From IMG/VR virus record IMGVR_UViG_3300010157_000055: 64,000 nucleotides of DNA, one strand, 5' to 3'. Positions 50,885 to 60,533 of this stretch are shown in pieces; the first letter of the stretch is position 1; the number at the start of each line of letters is the position of its first letter. Below the pieces are notes generated by a model. That model was not told where the DNA came from. It ran no database searches and worked only from the letters and a program-made list of their open reading frames with translations. Source of the DNA: an uncultured virus (IMG/VR IMGVR_UViG_3300010157_000055) (taxonomy: Duplodnaviria; Heunggongvirae; Uroviricota; Caudoviricetes). The position numbers were made by a program, and so were the translations under genes.

Positions 50885-52035
50885 AAATATTTGAAATAGC
50901 AATCAATGGCAAGCGTATGCTGTCTGAAGCCAAGGCTCGTATTGACCATCCTGAAGATATTATCTTTGACGAAGGACTTGCTGGAGCACAGCGAGCACTT
51001 GATGCAATCACACATGCCGCAGGCAATCCAACCAGCACATCAGTAAAATGGGATGGCACGCCAGCAATTATATTTGGCCGAGACGAAGGTGGATTTGTAT
51101 TCACCGACAAGGCCGGATTTGGTGCAAAGAAATATGATGGCATGGCTCGTAGCCAAACAATGTTTAGAGACATGATTTATAATCGCAAGCCAGATGAGCC
51201 GGGTCGTTTAGACTATGCTGGACATCTTGCCAAGTTGTATCCTATGCTTGAAAAGGCAGTTCCTAAAAAGTTTCAAGGTTACATCCAAGGCGATGTAATG
51301 TGGATGAATCGCCCGCCACTGGACGATGAAGGTAATTTTGTATTCAAACCCAACAAGGTCAGATATCGTATTCCCAAAGACAGCAACCTTGGCGACACTA
51401 TTAAACTCAGCACCGCAGGCGTTGTTGTGCATAGCATATTTGAAAGCCGCACAGACGAAGAACCTAGAGCAATTGAATCGGTAAAATCTCTTGGATTAAC
51501 ACCCACAGCCAAGTTGTTGATTTTAAACCCAGAAATGAAAATTGAACAGGGCACCACACATGCATTAGATGACAGTTATGTGCAGGCCGTGGCTGGATTG
51601 ATTGCCAAAGGCAAGTCAATTGAAAAGTTTCTCGACCCGTATACCATTGGATCATTGAAGATTAGTAATCTTGGTGACTTATGCAAGAGCTACTTGAATT
51701 ACAAAGCAAGAAAAGGCGACATGGACCTGACCGGAGCCGCCCAGGAGTTTATCAATTGGGTAAATGATCCAGCACTAAGTAAGTTGACAGAAAACAAAAG
51801 ACAAAATGTCATTGCACACATTGAAGGCAATCAACCTGCTTACAAAACAATGTGGAAATTGGTAAATGCACTGGTAGCATTGAAGATGCATATGAAGAGT
51901 CAATTAGATTCTCATCCTGGCAGTGATGTTATGGCAGATATAAACGGCGAAACTGGACACGAAGGATTTGTGTCAGATACTCCACATGGTAAAATTAAAT
52001 TTGTAAACAGACCGCTGTTTATGAAAGAGGAATAA
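50881..52035 (+). CDS. DUF6267-like protein with ligase/nucleotidyltransferase-type motifs
   Basis: RIDHPED, VKWDG.PA, IQGDVM, HEGFV and KIKFVNR. Confidence 0.6.
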   Translation: MKIFEIAINGKRMLSEAKARIDHPEDIIFDEGLAGAQRALDAITHAAGNPTSTSVKWDGTPAIIFGRDEGGFVFTDKAGFGAKKYDGMARSQTMFRDMIYNRKPDEPGRLDYAGHLAKLYPMLEKAVPKKFQGYIQGDVMWMNRPPLDDEGNFVFKPNKVRYRIPKDSNLGDTIKLSTAGVVVHSIFESRTDEEPRAIESVKSLGLTPTAKLLILNPEMKIEQGTTHALDDSYVQAVAGLIAKGKSIEKFLDPYTIGSLKISNLGDLCKSYLNYKARKGDMDLTGAAQEFINWVNDPALSKLTENKRQNVIAHIEGNQPAYKTMWKLVNALVALKMHMKSQLDSHPGSDVMADINGETGHEGFVSDTPHGKIKFVNRPLFMKEE

Positions 52036-52036
52036 T

Positions 52037-52810
52037 ATGGAAGACAACAGCTTTAGTTTCATTAGAGAAAATTGTAACGAAAGTAAAATGTTTCGTAACG
52101 CATACTTGGAGCAAATGACTCTAAGAGATACTGCTGACAGCGTATTTTTAAACATGATTACTTTGTACCTTTTGAGTAAGGAATTTGAAACTGCTGGCTT
52201 TGCTCAAGACTATGCTCATAGAACATCAATGTATGGAAATTTTCAAGTAGCAAGAGTAAGTGGAACAGACTTATACCAAGGTATTCATATTGTATTATAC
52301 CCACACAGTGAAACGGCATTAAAATTAAATGCTGAAGAACAAAATGCAATACTTGCATCTAAGATGCATCCACAGCAAAAGATGTTCAAAGACTTTTTGC
52401 GCGGCATCCAATCAGGTATGACTTCTATTACAGCTATTCGACTAATGTATAGAATTGAAAGCCAGCTTGGTATCAATATCAGCAACTACAAGAGTTTACG
52501 CAGATTAGTCACTGACTGGGATAATATCAGCACATATCAACGACAGTTATGTGTAACTAGACTATTACAATATTATCGAGTTCGCGGCCGTAGAAGCGAA
52601 CTGTTTCCAGTACTGACCACATTGTCACAAAACAAAGGTTTGGAACTCACAGACGCAGGCAATGCCGAGTTGCGTGATGTTGGAGCAGGTGCAATTGTCG
52701 GATCCAGTTCAGGCCACGGATTTTTAAGTAGTTTGGCCGCTGTGGCCGCAGGAGCCTTGGCCGGCCATGTTGCACAACGAGCACTCAGCGGTCCAGTGCA
52801 TAACAAGTAA
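52037..52810 (+). CDS. Hypothetical protein
   Basis: GAGGA RBS; 257 aa. Confidence 0.7.
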   Translation: MEDNSFSFIRENCNESKMFRNAYLEQMTLRDTADSVFLNMITLYLLSKEFETAGFAQDYAHRTSMYGNFQVARVSGTDLYQGIHIVLYPHSETALKLNAEEQNAILASKMHPQQKMFKDFLRGIQSGMTSITAIRLMYRIESQLGINISNYKSLRRLVTDWDNISTYQRQLCVTRLLQYYRVRGRRSELFPVLTTLSQNKGLELTDAGNAELRDVGAGAIVGSSSGHGFLSSLAAVAAGALAGHVAQRALSGPVHNK

Positions 52811-52818
52811 GGAATCAT

Positions 52819-53235
52819 ATGTCAAGAAATTCGTGGATGATTCCCGGATCTTCAATTGGTGCAGACCCTGACTTTTTTACAGCTTGGACATTGTTTGACA
52901 TAAGTCCAAATGATGCAGGTGGCACCAGAAATTTAAACAAATTCTTTTCATTGATTAGTGGACATGGTCAACCGTTAATTGCTGGTGTCGAACAACTGTT
53001 GGATCAACCACTTGCCGGCGGCATGTTTGGCGAGAATCACACAGGTAATCATAATGTTTGGTGCTTGAAGTGGATTGCAGATCGTCAGGGTTTGATGAGC
53101 GAAGATTCCTTATCTAAGGAATTCAACAATGTTGCTTTGGAACTTGGTTTAGAAGAAACAGCCAACATAAATGGCCAAGTTTTAACCCAAGGTCCCGACA
53201 CAAACACCTTTTTTATTCGGCACGATTCTTTCTAA
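52819..53235 (+). CDS. Hypothetical protein
   Basis: AAGGA RBS; 138 aa. Confidence 0.65.
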   Translation: MSRNSWMIPGSSIGADPDFFTAWTLFDISPNDAGGTRNLNKFFSLISGHGQPLIAGVEQLLDQPLAGGMFGENHTGNHNVWCLKWIADRQGLMSEDSLSKEFNNVALELGLEETANINGQVLTQGPDTNTFFIRHDSF

Positions 53236-53356
53236 GATCGGCTAAATATCACTAATATAAACAACCCGTATTAACACAACTCACCCTGGCTCATTGTATT
53301 CTGATTCACCTCAAGTATGAACTTGGGTGTGGTTTAATATTGGGTAATATAAGTTT

Positions 53357-53650
53357 ATGGGTGACAGTAAAATTACTGAGTCAACAAGCCTGGAAATGCA
53401 TGTGGAATTATGTGCAGAACGCTACAAGCGTTTAGAAGAAAAGTTTGATTTGGTTGAAGAACGATTGGGTCATTTGCACGGCGACTTTACTAGTTTTAAG
53501 GGTGAAAATTCTAAGAATCTAAATGAAATTAAAACCATGCTGAGTAATGCAAAAGACGAAAAATTTAAAACAATGGTGACTGCAACTGCCACTGTTATTG
53601 TTGCGTTGGTTGGAATGTTAGGATATGTTGTTTTACACTTGCCAAAATAA
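53357..53650 (+). CDS. Coiled-coil protein with a C-terminal transmembrane helix
   Basis: HVELCAERY..LEEK coiled coil; hydrophobic TATVIVALVGMLGYVVL. Confidence 0.7.
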   Translation: MGDSKITESTSLEMHVELCAERYKRLEEKFDLVEERLGHLHGDFTSFKGENSKNLNEIKTMLSNAKDEKFKTMVTATATVIVALVGMLGYVVLHLPK

Positions 53651-53700
53651 GTGGTTACGATTAAAACTAAAAGACACTAAATAGCACATCGGAGAACCAT

Positions 53701-54318
53701 ATGAAATTTAATGACATTACATTAACAAAAACGCCAGCTAACGCGGCCCGTGAGGCATTGCTTAAAGAAAGCATTGTTGTCAACGAGAATCTTTCGGGTT
53801 ACAGATTACACGAAGAACTACAGCGTGTGCGTGAAGAAATTGACATTCTTTCAAGTAAAGGTGGTGCTGAGTATGCTCGCGCTATTTTACACAAAGAAGT
53901 CTATGAAAGTGCATTGCTTGAAGCTGATTTAGATGAAGAAGGCATTGAACAAGCCGAAGTTATTATCGCCGCCAAAGCAATGAACAAGAAATTCCAAGAC
54001 ATGATTGAAGATGTAGCTGACATGCTTGGCAGTGATATGATTACCTTGGTTGACCAAATGAAACAACGATTTGGTGATGGCGCAGGTGAGCAATATTCAC
54101 AAAATGTTAAAGGTGCGTTGGAAACAGCAATTGATACTTTGACAACTACAAAAGATTCGTTAGACAGCGCAATTACAGGTTTAACCAATCCAGGACAAAT
54201 TCAACCAGCGGATGCCTTGGGCGCCGAGCCTGGTGCAGAAGAAGCTCCAATCTACCCAAGCAGTACCGGCCCAGAAGATGAAACTACTGGCAGGGAGATG
54301 AAGAGTGATATTGCTTGA
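53701..54318 (+). CDS. Hypothetical acidic late protein
   Basis: TAAATA promoter motif and GGAG RBS; starts MKFNDI. Confidence 0.7.
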   Translation: MKFNDITLTKTPANAAREALLKESIVVNENLSGYRLHEELQRVREEIDILSSKGGAEYARAILHKEVYESALLEADLDEEGIEQAEVIIAAKAMNKKFQDMIEDVADMLGSDMITLVDQMKQRFGDGAGEQYSQNVKGALETAIDTLTTTKDSLDSAITGLTNPGQIQPADALGAEPGAEEAPIYPSSTGPEDETTGREMKSDIA

Positions 54319-54646
54319 ACTAACTAGTTTCGATAACGAATTTTCCAACGCCGTCAAGATGTTGATCATCAAAGGTCAAAACGACGGCTTGACGACTATT
54401 CCCATGAAACAGTTGACCAGTGATTTAAGTCGTATGGGCTATAACGCATCCAACAATGTGGATGCTGTCCGACAACTCATTTCCACTTTCAAAGCAAAAA
54501 ACAAAAATCTAGTAGCCGATGTCAATAACGATCAAGTTATGTTAACAACTGTACCAACTGCTGATAATCAAGACAAGGTAGAACAAGACAAAGAAAAAGT
54601 CAGCAAAGATGCAGTCGGTCAAGCAAGAAAGGCACTGGGACTATGA
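54305..54646 (+). CDS. Hypothetical protein
   Basis: GTG start overlapping the previous gene. Confidence 0.6.
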   Translation: MILLELTSFDNEFSNAVKMLIIKGQNDGLTTIPMKQLTSDLSRMGYNASNNVDAVRQLISTFKAKNKNLVADVNNDQVMLTTVPTADNQDKVEQDKEKVSKDAVGQARKALGL

Positions 54647-54993
54647 GTAGAATAATGTTAACTGCCGGTGAGGCCAGAGTTAAATCTTTACAAGATATTA
54701 TTGTTATTCGAGAAATCCGAGATATCGAAGAAGCAATTATTGAAGCAAGTTCAGACGGTGCCATGTCAGTAATACTTGGCATTACTACCACAATGGCCAA
54801 GCCAACTGCAAGTGCTCCTGGTTATGCAGTGGCCGCAGAATATTTTAATACATGGCAAGGTGATAGAGACGATCGTCAAAAGACTTTGCAAATGAACAAG
54901 GTGGTTCAATACTTCAGCGACCTTGGATACACAATTGATCGACAAACCAATTTGGTATCAAATGCCACATTCCAGTGGTACATCAGCTGGTAA
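54643..54993 (+). CDS. Hypothetical protein
   Basis: ATGA overlap with the previous stop codon. Confidence 0.65.
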   Translation: MSRIMLTAGEARVKSLQDIIVIREIRDIEEAIIEASSDGAMSVILGITTTMAKPTASAPGYAVAAEYFNTWQGDRDDRQKTLQMNKVVQYFSDLGYTIDRQTNLVSNATFQWYISW

Positions 54994-55001
54994 AATAGTC
55001 A

Positions 55002-55030
55002 TTGACATCTGTCGTTGTTTCGTTTATACT
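55002..55030 (+). promoter_or_regulatory. Sigma70 promoter
   Basis: TTGACA-N17-TATACT. Confidence 0.85.
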
Positions 55031-55038
55031 AAACGACA

Positions 55039-55707
55039 ATGATAACTTTTAATCCCAAATACAAATACGAAAAATTAACTAGGATTGATGGTCCTAGCCG
55101 TCTTTATGCTACTCCCGATGGTTCTCGGGTTCCTAGTGTAACAACAATCCTGAGTGGCACCGCAGACAAAACATTCTTAATTGAATGGCGCAAGCGTGTA
55201 GGTGATGCAGAGGCAACTCGCATCAGTACAGAAAGTGCCGGACTTGGGACACTGGTTCACAAGCATGTTGAAAACTTTATAGAAGGCATAGAACGACCAC
55301 CGGGTAGTACTCCTATTCATGTGCTGGCCCGTAGCATGTCTGATATGATCATCAATCAAGGACTTCCAGGTGTTGATGAAGTATGGGGCATGGAAGCAAG
55401 TCTTTACTACCCTGGCTTGTATGCTGGCACCACAGACTTGTGCGGTGTGTACAAGGGCAAGCCCAGTATTATGGACCATAAGACTGCTAAGAAAATGAAG
55501 AAGCCCGAGTGGATGCAGGATTATTTTATCCAAACTACAGCATACGCATTGGCACACAATGAAGTACATGGCACTGACATCCAACAAGGTGTGCTGTTTA
55601 TGGCTGATAGAGAAGGTGCATACGAAACATTCATCATCGAAGGTGCAGAATTTAAACACTACAGCGACCTCTGGTTGCAACGAGTTGAACAGTACTACAA
55701 ACTGTAA
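55039..55707 (+). CDS. PD-(D/E)xK exonuclease
   Basis: PSVTTIL, GT.VH...E, YAGTTD, IMDHKT and YFIQ..AYA. Confidence 0.85.
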   Translation: MITFNPKYKYEKLTRIDGPSRLYATPDGSRVPSVTTILSGTADKTFLIEWRKRVGDAEATRISTESAGLGTLVHKHVENFIEGIERPPGSTPIHVLARSMSDMIINQGLPGVDEVWGMEASLYYPGLYAGTTDLCGVYKGKPSIMDHKTAKKMKKPEWMQDYFIQTTAYALAHNEVHGTDIQQGVLFMADREGAYETFIIEGAEFKHYSDLWLQRVEQYYKL

Positions 55708-55718
55708 TAAGTAGTACC

Positions 55719-56165
55719 GTGGAACATAGAACCCTAGAACATTGGTTCCTTGACAAGCAAGGAAAGTTATCAGCCTGGCGCGAGTGGAGACAACAGTTAT
55801 CTGCAATGGATACTGAATCTGCTTACAACGAAGCCGCTACCTGGTGGAAATTTGTTCCTTTAGTAAACAAAACCTTTGATCCTTGGAGAGAAGAAACTTG
55901 GCCTGATCCTTGGTCATTGGTGGGCAATGGAAGTTTTTGTCCCAATGCACAAGGCCTTGGAATTTTTTATAGCCTAGTATTAACCAGCATAGATTGCGAG
56001 TTAATGCTGGTTATTTTGGAAGACAAACCTCGGCTTATGGTATTACTACCAAACAAAACTTTGTTAAATTATTATGACGGAGAAACAGTTGACATGAAAA
56101 ATGCAGACTTCCAAATTTTAAAAACATGGACGTCTAGCGACCTGGCTAGGCTGGTTAAAGTGTAA
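55719..56165 (+). CDS. Hypothetical protein
   Basis: GTG 5 nt after TAAGTA; WPDPW motif. Confidence 0.6.
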   Translation: MEHRTLEHWFLDKQGKLSAWREWRQQLSAMDTESAYNEAATWWKFVPLVNKTFDPWREETWPDPWSLVGNGSFCPNAQGLGIFYSLVLTSIDCELMLVILEDKPRLMVLLPNKTLLNYYDGETVDMKNADFQILKTWTSSDLARLVKV

Positions 56166-56229
56166 AGATATTACGTCAGTGGTCCTGGTTAAGTATTTGA
56201 CCGTTTTATGACTAGGAGCACTACAAACA

Positions 56230-58563
56230 ATGGATAATCAAATAAGAGATATGAGCAAAAGTATAATAAATGTTGTAAAGAGAGATGGACACCGAGAGCC
56301 ATTAGATATAAACAAAATCCATTTGATGGTAGAAGAGGCATGCGAAGGGTTAACTGGAGTCAGCGTAAGTCAAATTGAAATGAATGCAGATTTGCAGTTC
56401 AATGATGGCATTACCACTGCTGACATCCAAGAAATTCTTGTGCGTAGTGCTAGCGATTTAATTAGTCTAGACAAGCCAAAATATCAGTATGCCGCGGCCC
56501 GTTTATTGCTATACGGTTTACGCAAAGATGTATTTGGACAATTTGATTATATCCCATTGTATGATCTAGTTAAGAAGAATGTTGAGCGTGGTGTATATGA
56601 TGCTGAATTGTTGACTCAATATACCGAAGCAGAATGGCGTCAGCTAGATGTCTATATCAATCACGAACGCGACTTAGAATTCACCTACGCTGGCATGCGC
56701 CAAGTTGTGGACAAGTATCTGGTTCAAGATCGTAGCAATGGTTGTGTGTTTGAAACTCCACAGTACATGTACATGATGATTGCGGCAACATTGTTTGCCA
56801 CCTATCCAGCTGACAAGCGCCTGAGTTATATTCGTCGTTACTATGATGCAATTTCTACATTTAAAATTAATATTCCTACTCCTGTAATGAGCGGAGTGCG
56901 TACTCCTATTCGACAATTTGCCAGTTGTGTGCTGGTTGATGTTGATGACACATTACCTAGTATCTTCAATAGTTCTACCGCCGTTGGTTATTACATTGCA
57001 CAACGAGCTGGCATTGGTCTAAATCTTGGTCGCATTCGTGCCATCAATTCAAAGATTCGCGGCGGCGAAGTGGCACACACTGGTGTTGTCCCCTTCTTAA
57101 AAGTATTTGAGTCAGTGGTGCGTAGCTGTACACAAAATGGTGTGCGTGGCGGAAGTGCCACTGTGCATTTCCCAATTTGGCACAAAGAAATTGAAGACAT
57201 ACTGGTGTTGAAGAACAACAAAGGAACAGAAGATAATCGTGTTCGCAAGTTGGACTATTCAATCCAGTTAAGCAAACTTTTCTATGAGCGACTAATTACC
57301 GATGGTGATATCACATTGTTCTCACCACATGATGTTCCTGGCCTGTACGAAGCATTTGGCAACAACGATGTATTTGATGCGCTGTATGTAAAATACGAAA
57401 ACAATTCTAAGATTCCAAAGAAGACTGTGAAGGCCATGACATTGTTTGGACAGATGCTGAAAGAAAGAGCAGAAACCGGCCGCATCTATATCATGAACAT
57501 TGACCACTGTAACAGTCACAGTAGCTTTCAAGATATGATTCGCATGAGTAACCTGTGTCAAGAAATTACATTGCCAACAGATCCAATTCAATCCATGGAT
57601 GATGTTGAAGGAGAAATTGCCCTTTGTATTCTGAGTGCAATCAATGTTGGCAATCTAAGAGAGTTGGATGATCTTAAAAACCTAACAGAACTTGCTGTTC
57701 GTGCGCTGGATCAGATCATTGACTATCAGCGTTATCCAGTTGTGGCCGCAGAACGCAGTACCAAGGCTCGTCGCAGTCTTGGAATTGGTTACATTGGCAT
57801 GGCACATTACCTGGCCAAGAAAGGTTTGAAGTACAGCGACCCAGAAGCCGCCCGGTCAGTCAATCGTTTAACGGAAGCATTCCAGTATTACTTGATCAAG
57901 GCCAGTGTGCAGTTGGCCAAGGAAAAAGGCCCATGTGAATTCTTTGACCGTACAAAATACAGCCAGGGCATTTTACCAGTTGACACATACAAGCGTGAAG
58001 TTGATGAGTTTCTTGGAACTGAGTTACATTACGATTGGGAAGCCCTACGCAGAGAAGTTGCAGAGCATGGCATGCGTCACAGCACACTGAGCGCACAAAT
58101 GCCCAGTGAATCAAGTAGTGTGGCCAGCAATGAAACAAACGGTATTGAGCCACCGCGTGCCGCAATGAGTACAAAGAAGAGCAAGAAAGGCCCGTTGAAA
58201 CAAATTGTTCCTCAATATAATTCATTGAAAAATGATTATTCATATCTGTATGAAGAAGGTGTCAATGATGGTTACATTCGTATTGTAGCCGCAATGCAAA
58301 AATACTTTGATCAAGCAATTTCAGGAAATTGGTCATACAATCCAAAACACTACCCAGACAACGAAGTACCAATGAGTGTGATGTTCACTGATCTACTGAC
58401 CACATATAAATTGGGTTGGAAAACCAGTTACTACCAGAATACATACGACATGAAAGGTGAAGATGAAGATAACATACAATCTGTGTCAGACACTCATCAT
58501 AATTTACAACCAACACTATTGATACCCGATAGTGATGAAGCTTGCGAAGCTTGCACAATTTAA
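56230..58563 (+). CDS. nrdA: Ribonucleotide reductase class Ia, alpha subunit
   Basis: ATP cone VVKRDG..E, QFASCVL, SNLCQEI, MPSESSS, TNGIEP and terminal CEAC. Confidence 0.97.
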   Translation: MDNQIRDMSKSIINVVKRDGHREPLDINKIHLMVEEACEGLTGVSVSQIEMNADLQFNDGITTADIQEILVRSASDLISLDKPKYQYAAARLLLYGLRKDVFGQFDYIPLYDLVKKNVERGVYDAELLTQYTEAEWRQLDVYINHERDLEFTYAGMRQVVDKYLVQDRSNGCVFETPQYMYMMIAATLFATYPADKRLSYIRRYYDAISTFKINIPTPVMSGVRTPIRQFASCVLVDVDDTLPSIFNSSTAVGYYIAQRAGIGLNLGRIRAINSKIRGGEVAHTGVVPFLKVFESVVRSCTQNGVRGGSATVHFPIWHKEIEDILVLKNNKGTEDNRVRKLDYSIQLSKLFYERLITDGDITLFSPHDVPGLYEAFGNNDVFDALYVKYENNSKIPKKTVKAMTLFGQMLKERAETGRIYIMNIDHCNSHSSFQDMIRMSNLCQEITLPTDPIQSMDDVEGEIALCILSAINVGNLRELDDLKNLTELAVRALDQIIDYQRYPVVAAERSTKARRSLGIGYIGMAHYLAKKGLKYSDPEAARSVNRLTEAFQYYLIKASVQLAKEKGPCEFFDRTKYSQGILPVDTYKREVDEFLGTELHYDWEALRREVAEHGMRHSTLSAQMPSESSSVASNETNGIEPPRAAMSTKKSKKGPLKQIVPQYNSLKNDYSYLYEEGVNDGYIRIVAAMQKYFDQAISGNWSYNPKHYPDNEVPMSVMFTDLLTTYKLGWKTSYYQNTYDMKGEDEDNIQSVSDTHHNLQPTLLIPDSDEACEACTI

Positions 58564-58571
58564 GGATGCAG

Positions 58572-59672
58572 ATGTCAGCGACCGTTTTTAATCAGAATAA
58601 AGTAGACTTTACCAAACAACCTATGTTTTTTGGCGAGGCCCTAAATGCCCAGCGGTTTGATGTATTCAAGTATCCGGTGTTTGATAAACTCACACAAACA
58701 CAGCTTGGATACTTTTGGAGACCCGAAGAAGTGAGTTTGCAAAAAGATCGTAGTGACTACATGGACTTCCGTGATGAACAGAAGTTTATTTTCACTGCCA
58801 ATCTAAAGTATCAAATACTGCTTGACAGCGTACAAGGTCGTGCGCCAGCAATGGCATTCATGCCATATTGTTCGTTGCCTGAACTTGAAGGATGCATGAA
58901 CGCATGGCAATTCTTTGAAAACATTCACAGCAGATCATACACACACATCATTAAAAATGTTTACAGTGATCCAAGCGAAGTATTTGATACCATGCTGGAT
59001 GATGAGAAAATTATTGCCAGAGCCAAATCAGTGACCAAATCATACGATGAGTTCATTGCCGCGGCACAGCAATTTACAGTGACAGGCAAAGGTTCCATGC
59101 GAGATGTCAAGAAGAAGCTGTTCTTGGCCATGGTAAATGTAAACGCACTTGAAGCACTTAGATTTTTTGTCAGCTTTGCATGTAGCTTTGCATTTGGCGA
59201 ACTGAAGAAAATGGAAGGCTCTGCTAAAATTATTAGTTTGATTGCCCGAGACGAAAGTCAACATTTAAGCATTACTAGCCATATCATTAAAAATTGGCAA
59301 AGAGGCGATGACCCAGAAATGCAAGAAATTGCACAAGAAAATTATTCGGCCATTGGTGAAATCTATGACCAAGTTGTTGCTGAAGAAAAAGATTGGGCAG
59401 ACCATTTGTTTAGCCGCGGAGCCATTGTTGGTTTAAATGAACGCCTATTACACCAGTATGTTGAATATATTGGTAATCGCCGCCTTAAAGGGCTAGGAGT
59501 TGAACAACGATATGACCGAAGTGCTAACGATAATCCGTTACCTTGGACAGAGCATTGGACAAGTAGCAAGGGACTTCAAGTGGCCCCACAAGAAACCGAA
59601 ATTGAAAGTTATGTCATTGGAGGAATTAAGCAAGATGTTAGCAAAAGTACCTTCGCCGGCTTCAAGCTCTGA
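58572..59672 (+). CDS. nrdB: Ribonucleotide reductase class Ia, beta subunit
   Basis: FWRPEEV, LLDSVQGR, ENIHSRSY, RDESQH and APQETEIESY. Confidence 0.97.
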   Translation: MSATVFNQNKVDFTKQPMFFGEALNAQRFDVFKYPVFDKLTQTQLGYFWRPEEVSLQKDRSDYMDFRDEQKFIFTANLKYQILLDSVQGRAPAMAFMPYCSLPELEGCMNAWQFFENIHSRSYTHIIKNVYSDPSEVFDTMLDDEKIIARAKSVTKSYDEFIAAAQQFTVTGKGSMRDVKKKLFLAMVNVNALEALRFFVSFACSFAFGELKKMEGSAKIISLIARDESQHLSITSHIIKNWQRGDDPEMQEIAQENYSAIGEIYDQVVAEEKDWADHLFSRGAIVGLNERLLHQYVEYIGNRRLKGLGVEQRYDRSANDNPLPWTEHWTSSKGLQVAPQETEIESYVIGGIKQDVSKSTFAGFKL

Positions 59673-59919
59673 GTTTTCTGAACTATATACAATGGAAGGT
59701 TGTGCGGCTTGCAAAAGCTCTATAACCAAACTTATTGATGCAGGGTATGAATTTGATATTATTCACTACACTGATGAAAGTTCAACCCGATGTAATCGGG
59801 TGTGGGAACATAGACTAGGAAAGAATCCAAATAGTGTTCCACAGTTTTGGTACAAAGGCCAATACATTGGCGGTAGTGTTGAAATTGCAAAATTTATAAA
59901 GGATAATGATGTTACTTGA
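59635..59919 (+). CDS. Glutaredoxin-like protein
   Basis: LYTMEGCAAC..SVPQ.W..G.YIGG; GGAGG upstream of ATG 59635, inside the end of nrdB. Confidence 0.75.
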   Translation: MLAKVPSPASSSEFSELYTMEGCAACKSSITKLIDAGYEFDIIHYTDESSTRCNRVWEHRLGKNPNSVPQFWYKGQYIGGSVEIAKFIKDNDVT

Positions 59920-60226
59920 TATTAAGAAAAATGGCGATGTAATAAGTTTAAAAATGAGTTCAGGTGAAGAACTCATTGGAATGTATGTTGAAGAAGACAA
60001 TGCCAACTACACAATTGATCGTCCAGTTACATTGACTGTTGGCCCCAAAGGTGGTCCAGCACTGACTCCTTACCTTATGACTGTTAGTCCAGATAGGACT
60101 AGAAATTTAAAAATCAACAAGAATCTTGTTGTCACAGTAGCATCAACTGACACGCAATTGGCTGATCAGTATACTTCTGCTTTGAGCGGAATACAAGTGG
60201 CACCAAAAGGCATGGTCTTCAACTAA
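59906..60226 (+). CDS. Hypothetical protein (small beta-barrel-like)
   Basis: GDVISLKMSSGEELIG pattern; AAGGA RBS. Confidence 0.65.
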   Translation: MMLLDIKKNGDVISLKMSSGEELIGMYVEEDNANYTIDRPVTLTVGPKGGPALTPYLMTVSPDRTRNLKINKNLVVTVASTDTQLADQYTSALSGIQVAPKGMVFN

Positions 60227-60227
60227 A

Positions 60228-60482
60228 ATGACAGCCGTACACAGATTAGGAGATCCCAATGAGGATAACGGTATAATTACAAGTATCCCTCAGGGAACTG
60301 TCTTTGCAAACGAACTCTTAATCAGTATTGATGGCAGTGATGTTGAAAATGAACCAAATACAGCCAACGGTAGCCCTACTGTTTTTATTGGTGGCATCCC
60401 AGTAAACCGACAGGGTGACGAAGATGAAAGCGGTAGCAGGCGAGCTGAGGGCAGTGGAAATGTGTTTGTAGGACCCGACTAA
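60228..60482 (+). CDS. PAAR-like spike tip protein (gp5.4-like)
   Basis: AVHRLGD, TVFAN, GSPTVFIGGIPVNRQGD and EGSGNVFVG. Confidence 0.8.
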   Translation: MTAVHRLGDPNEDNGIITSIPQGTVFANELLISIDGSDVENEPNTANGSPTVFIGGIPVNRQGDEDESGSRRAEGSGNVFVGPD

Positions 60483-60533
60483 TATTTTGTAAAACTTCTA
60501 TAAATATAGGTTTAGAAATGGGAGTTTTATTCA

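Noticed and set aside
55039..55707. CRISPR-Cas locus (Cas4-like nuclease)
   Set aside because: No repeat-spacer array or other cas genes were seen; this is a stand-alone phage exonuclease.
30337..59672. Inteins or introns in terminase, UvsX, the helicases, NrdA or NrdB
   Set aside because: The proteins are of normal length with contiguous motifs, and no splicing or homing-endonuclease signatures were seen.
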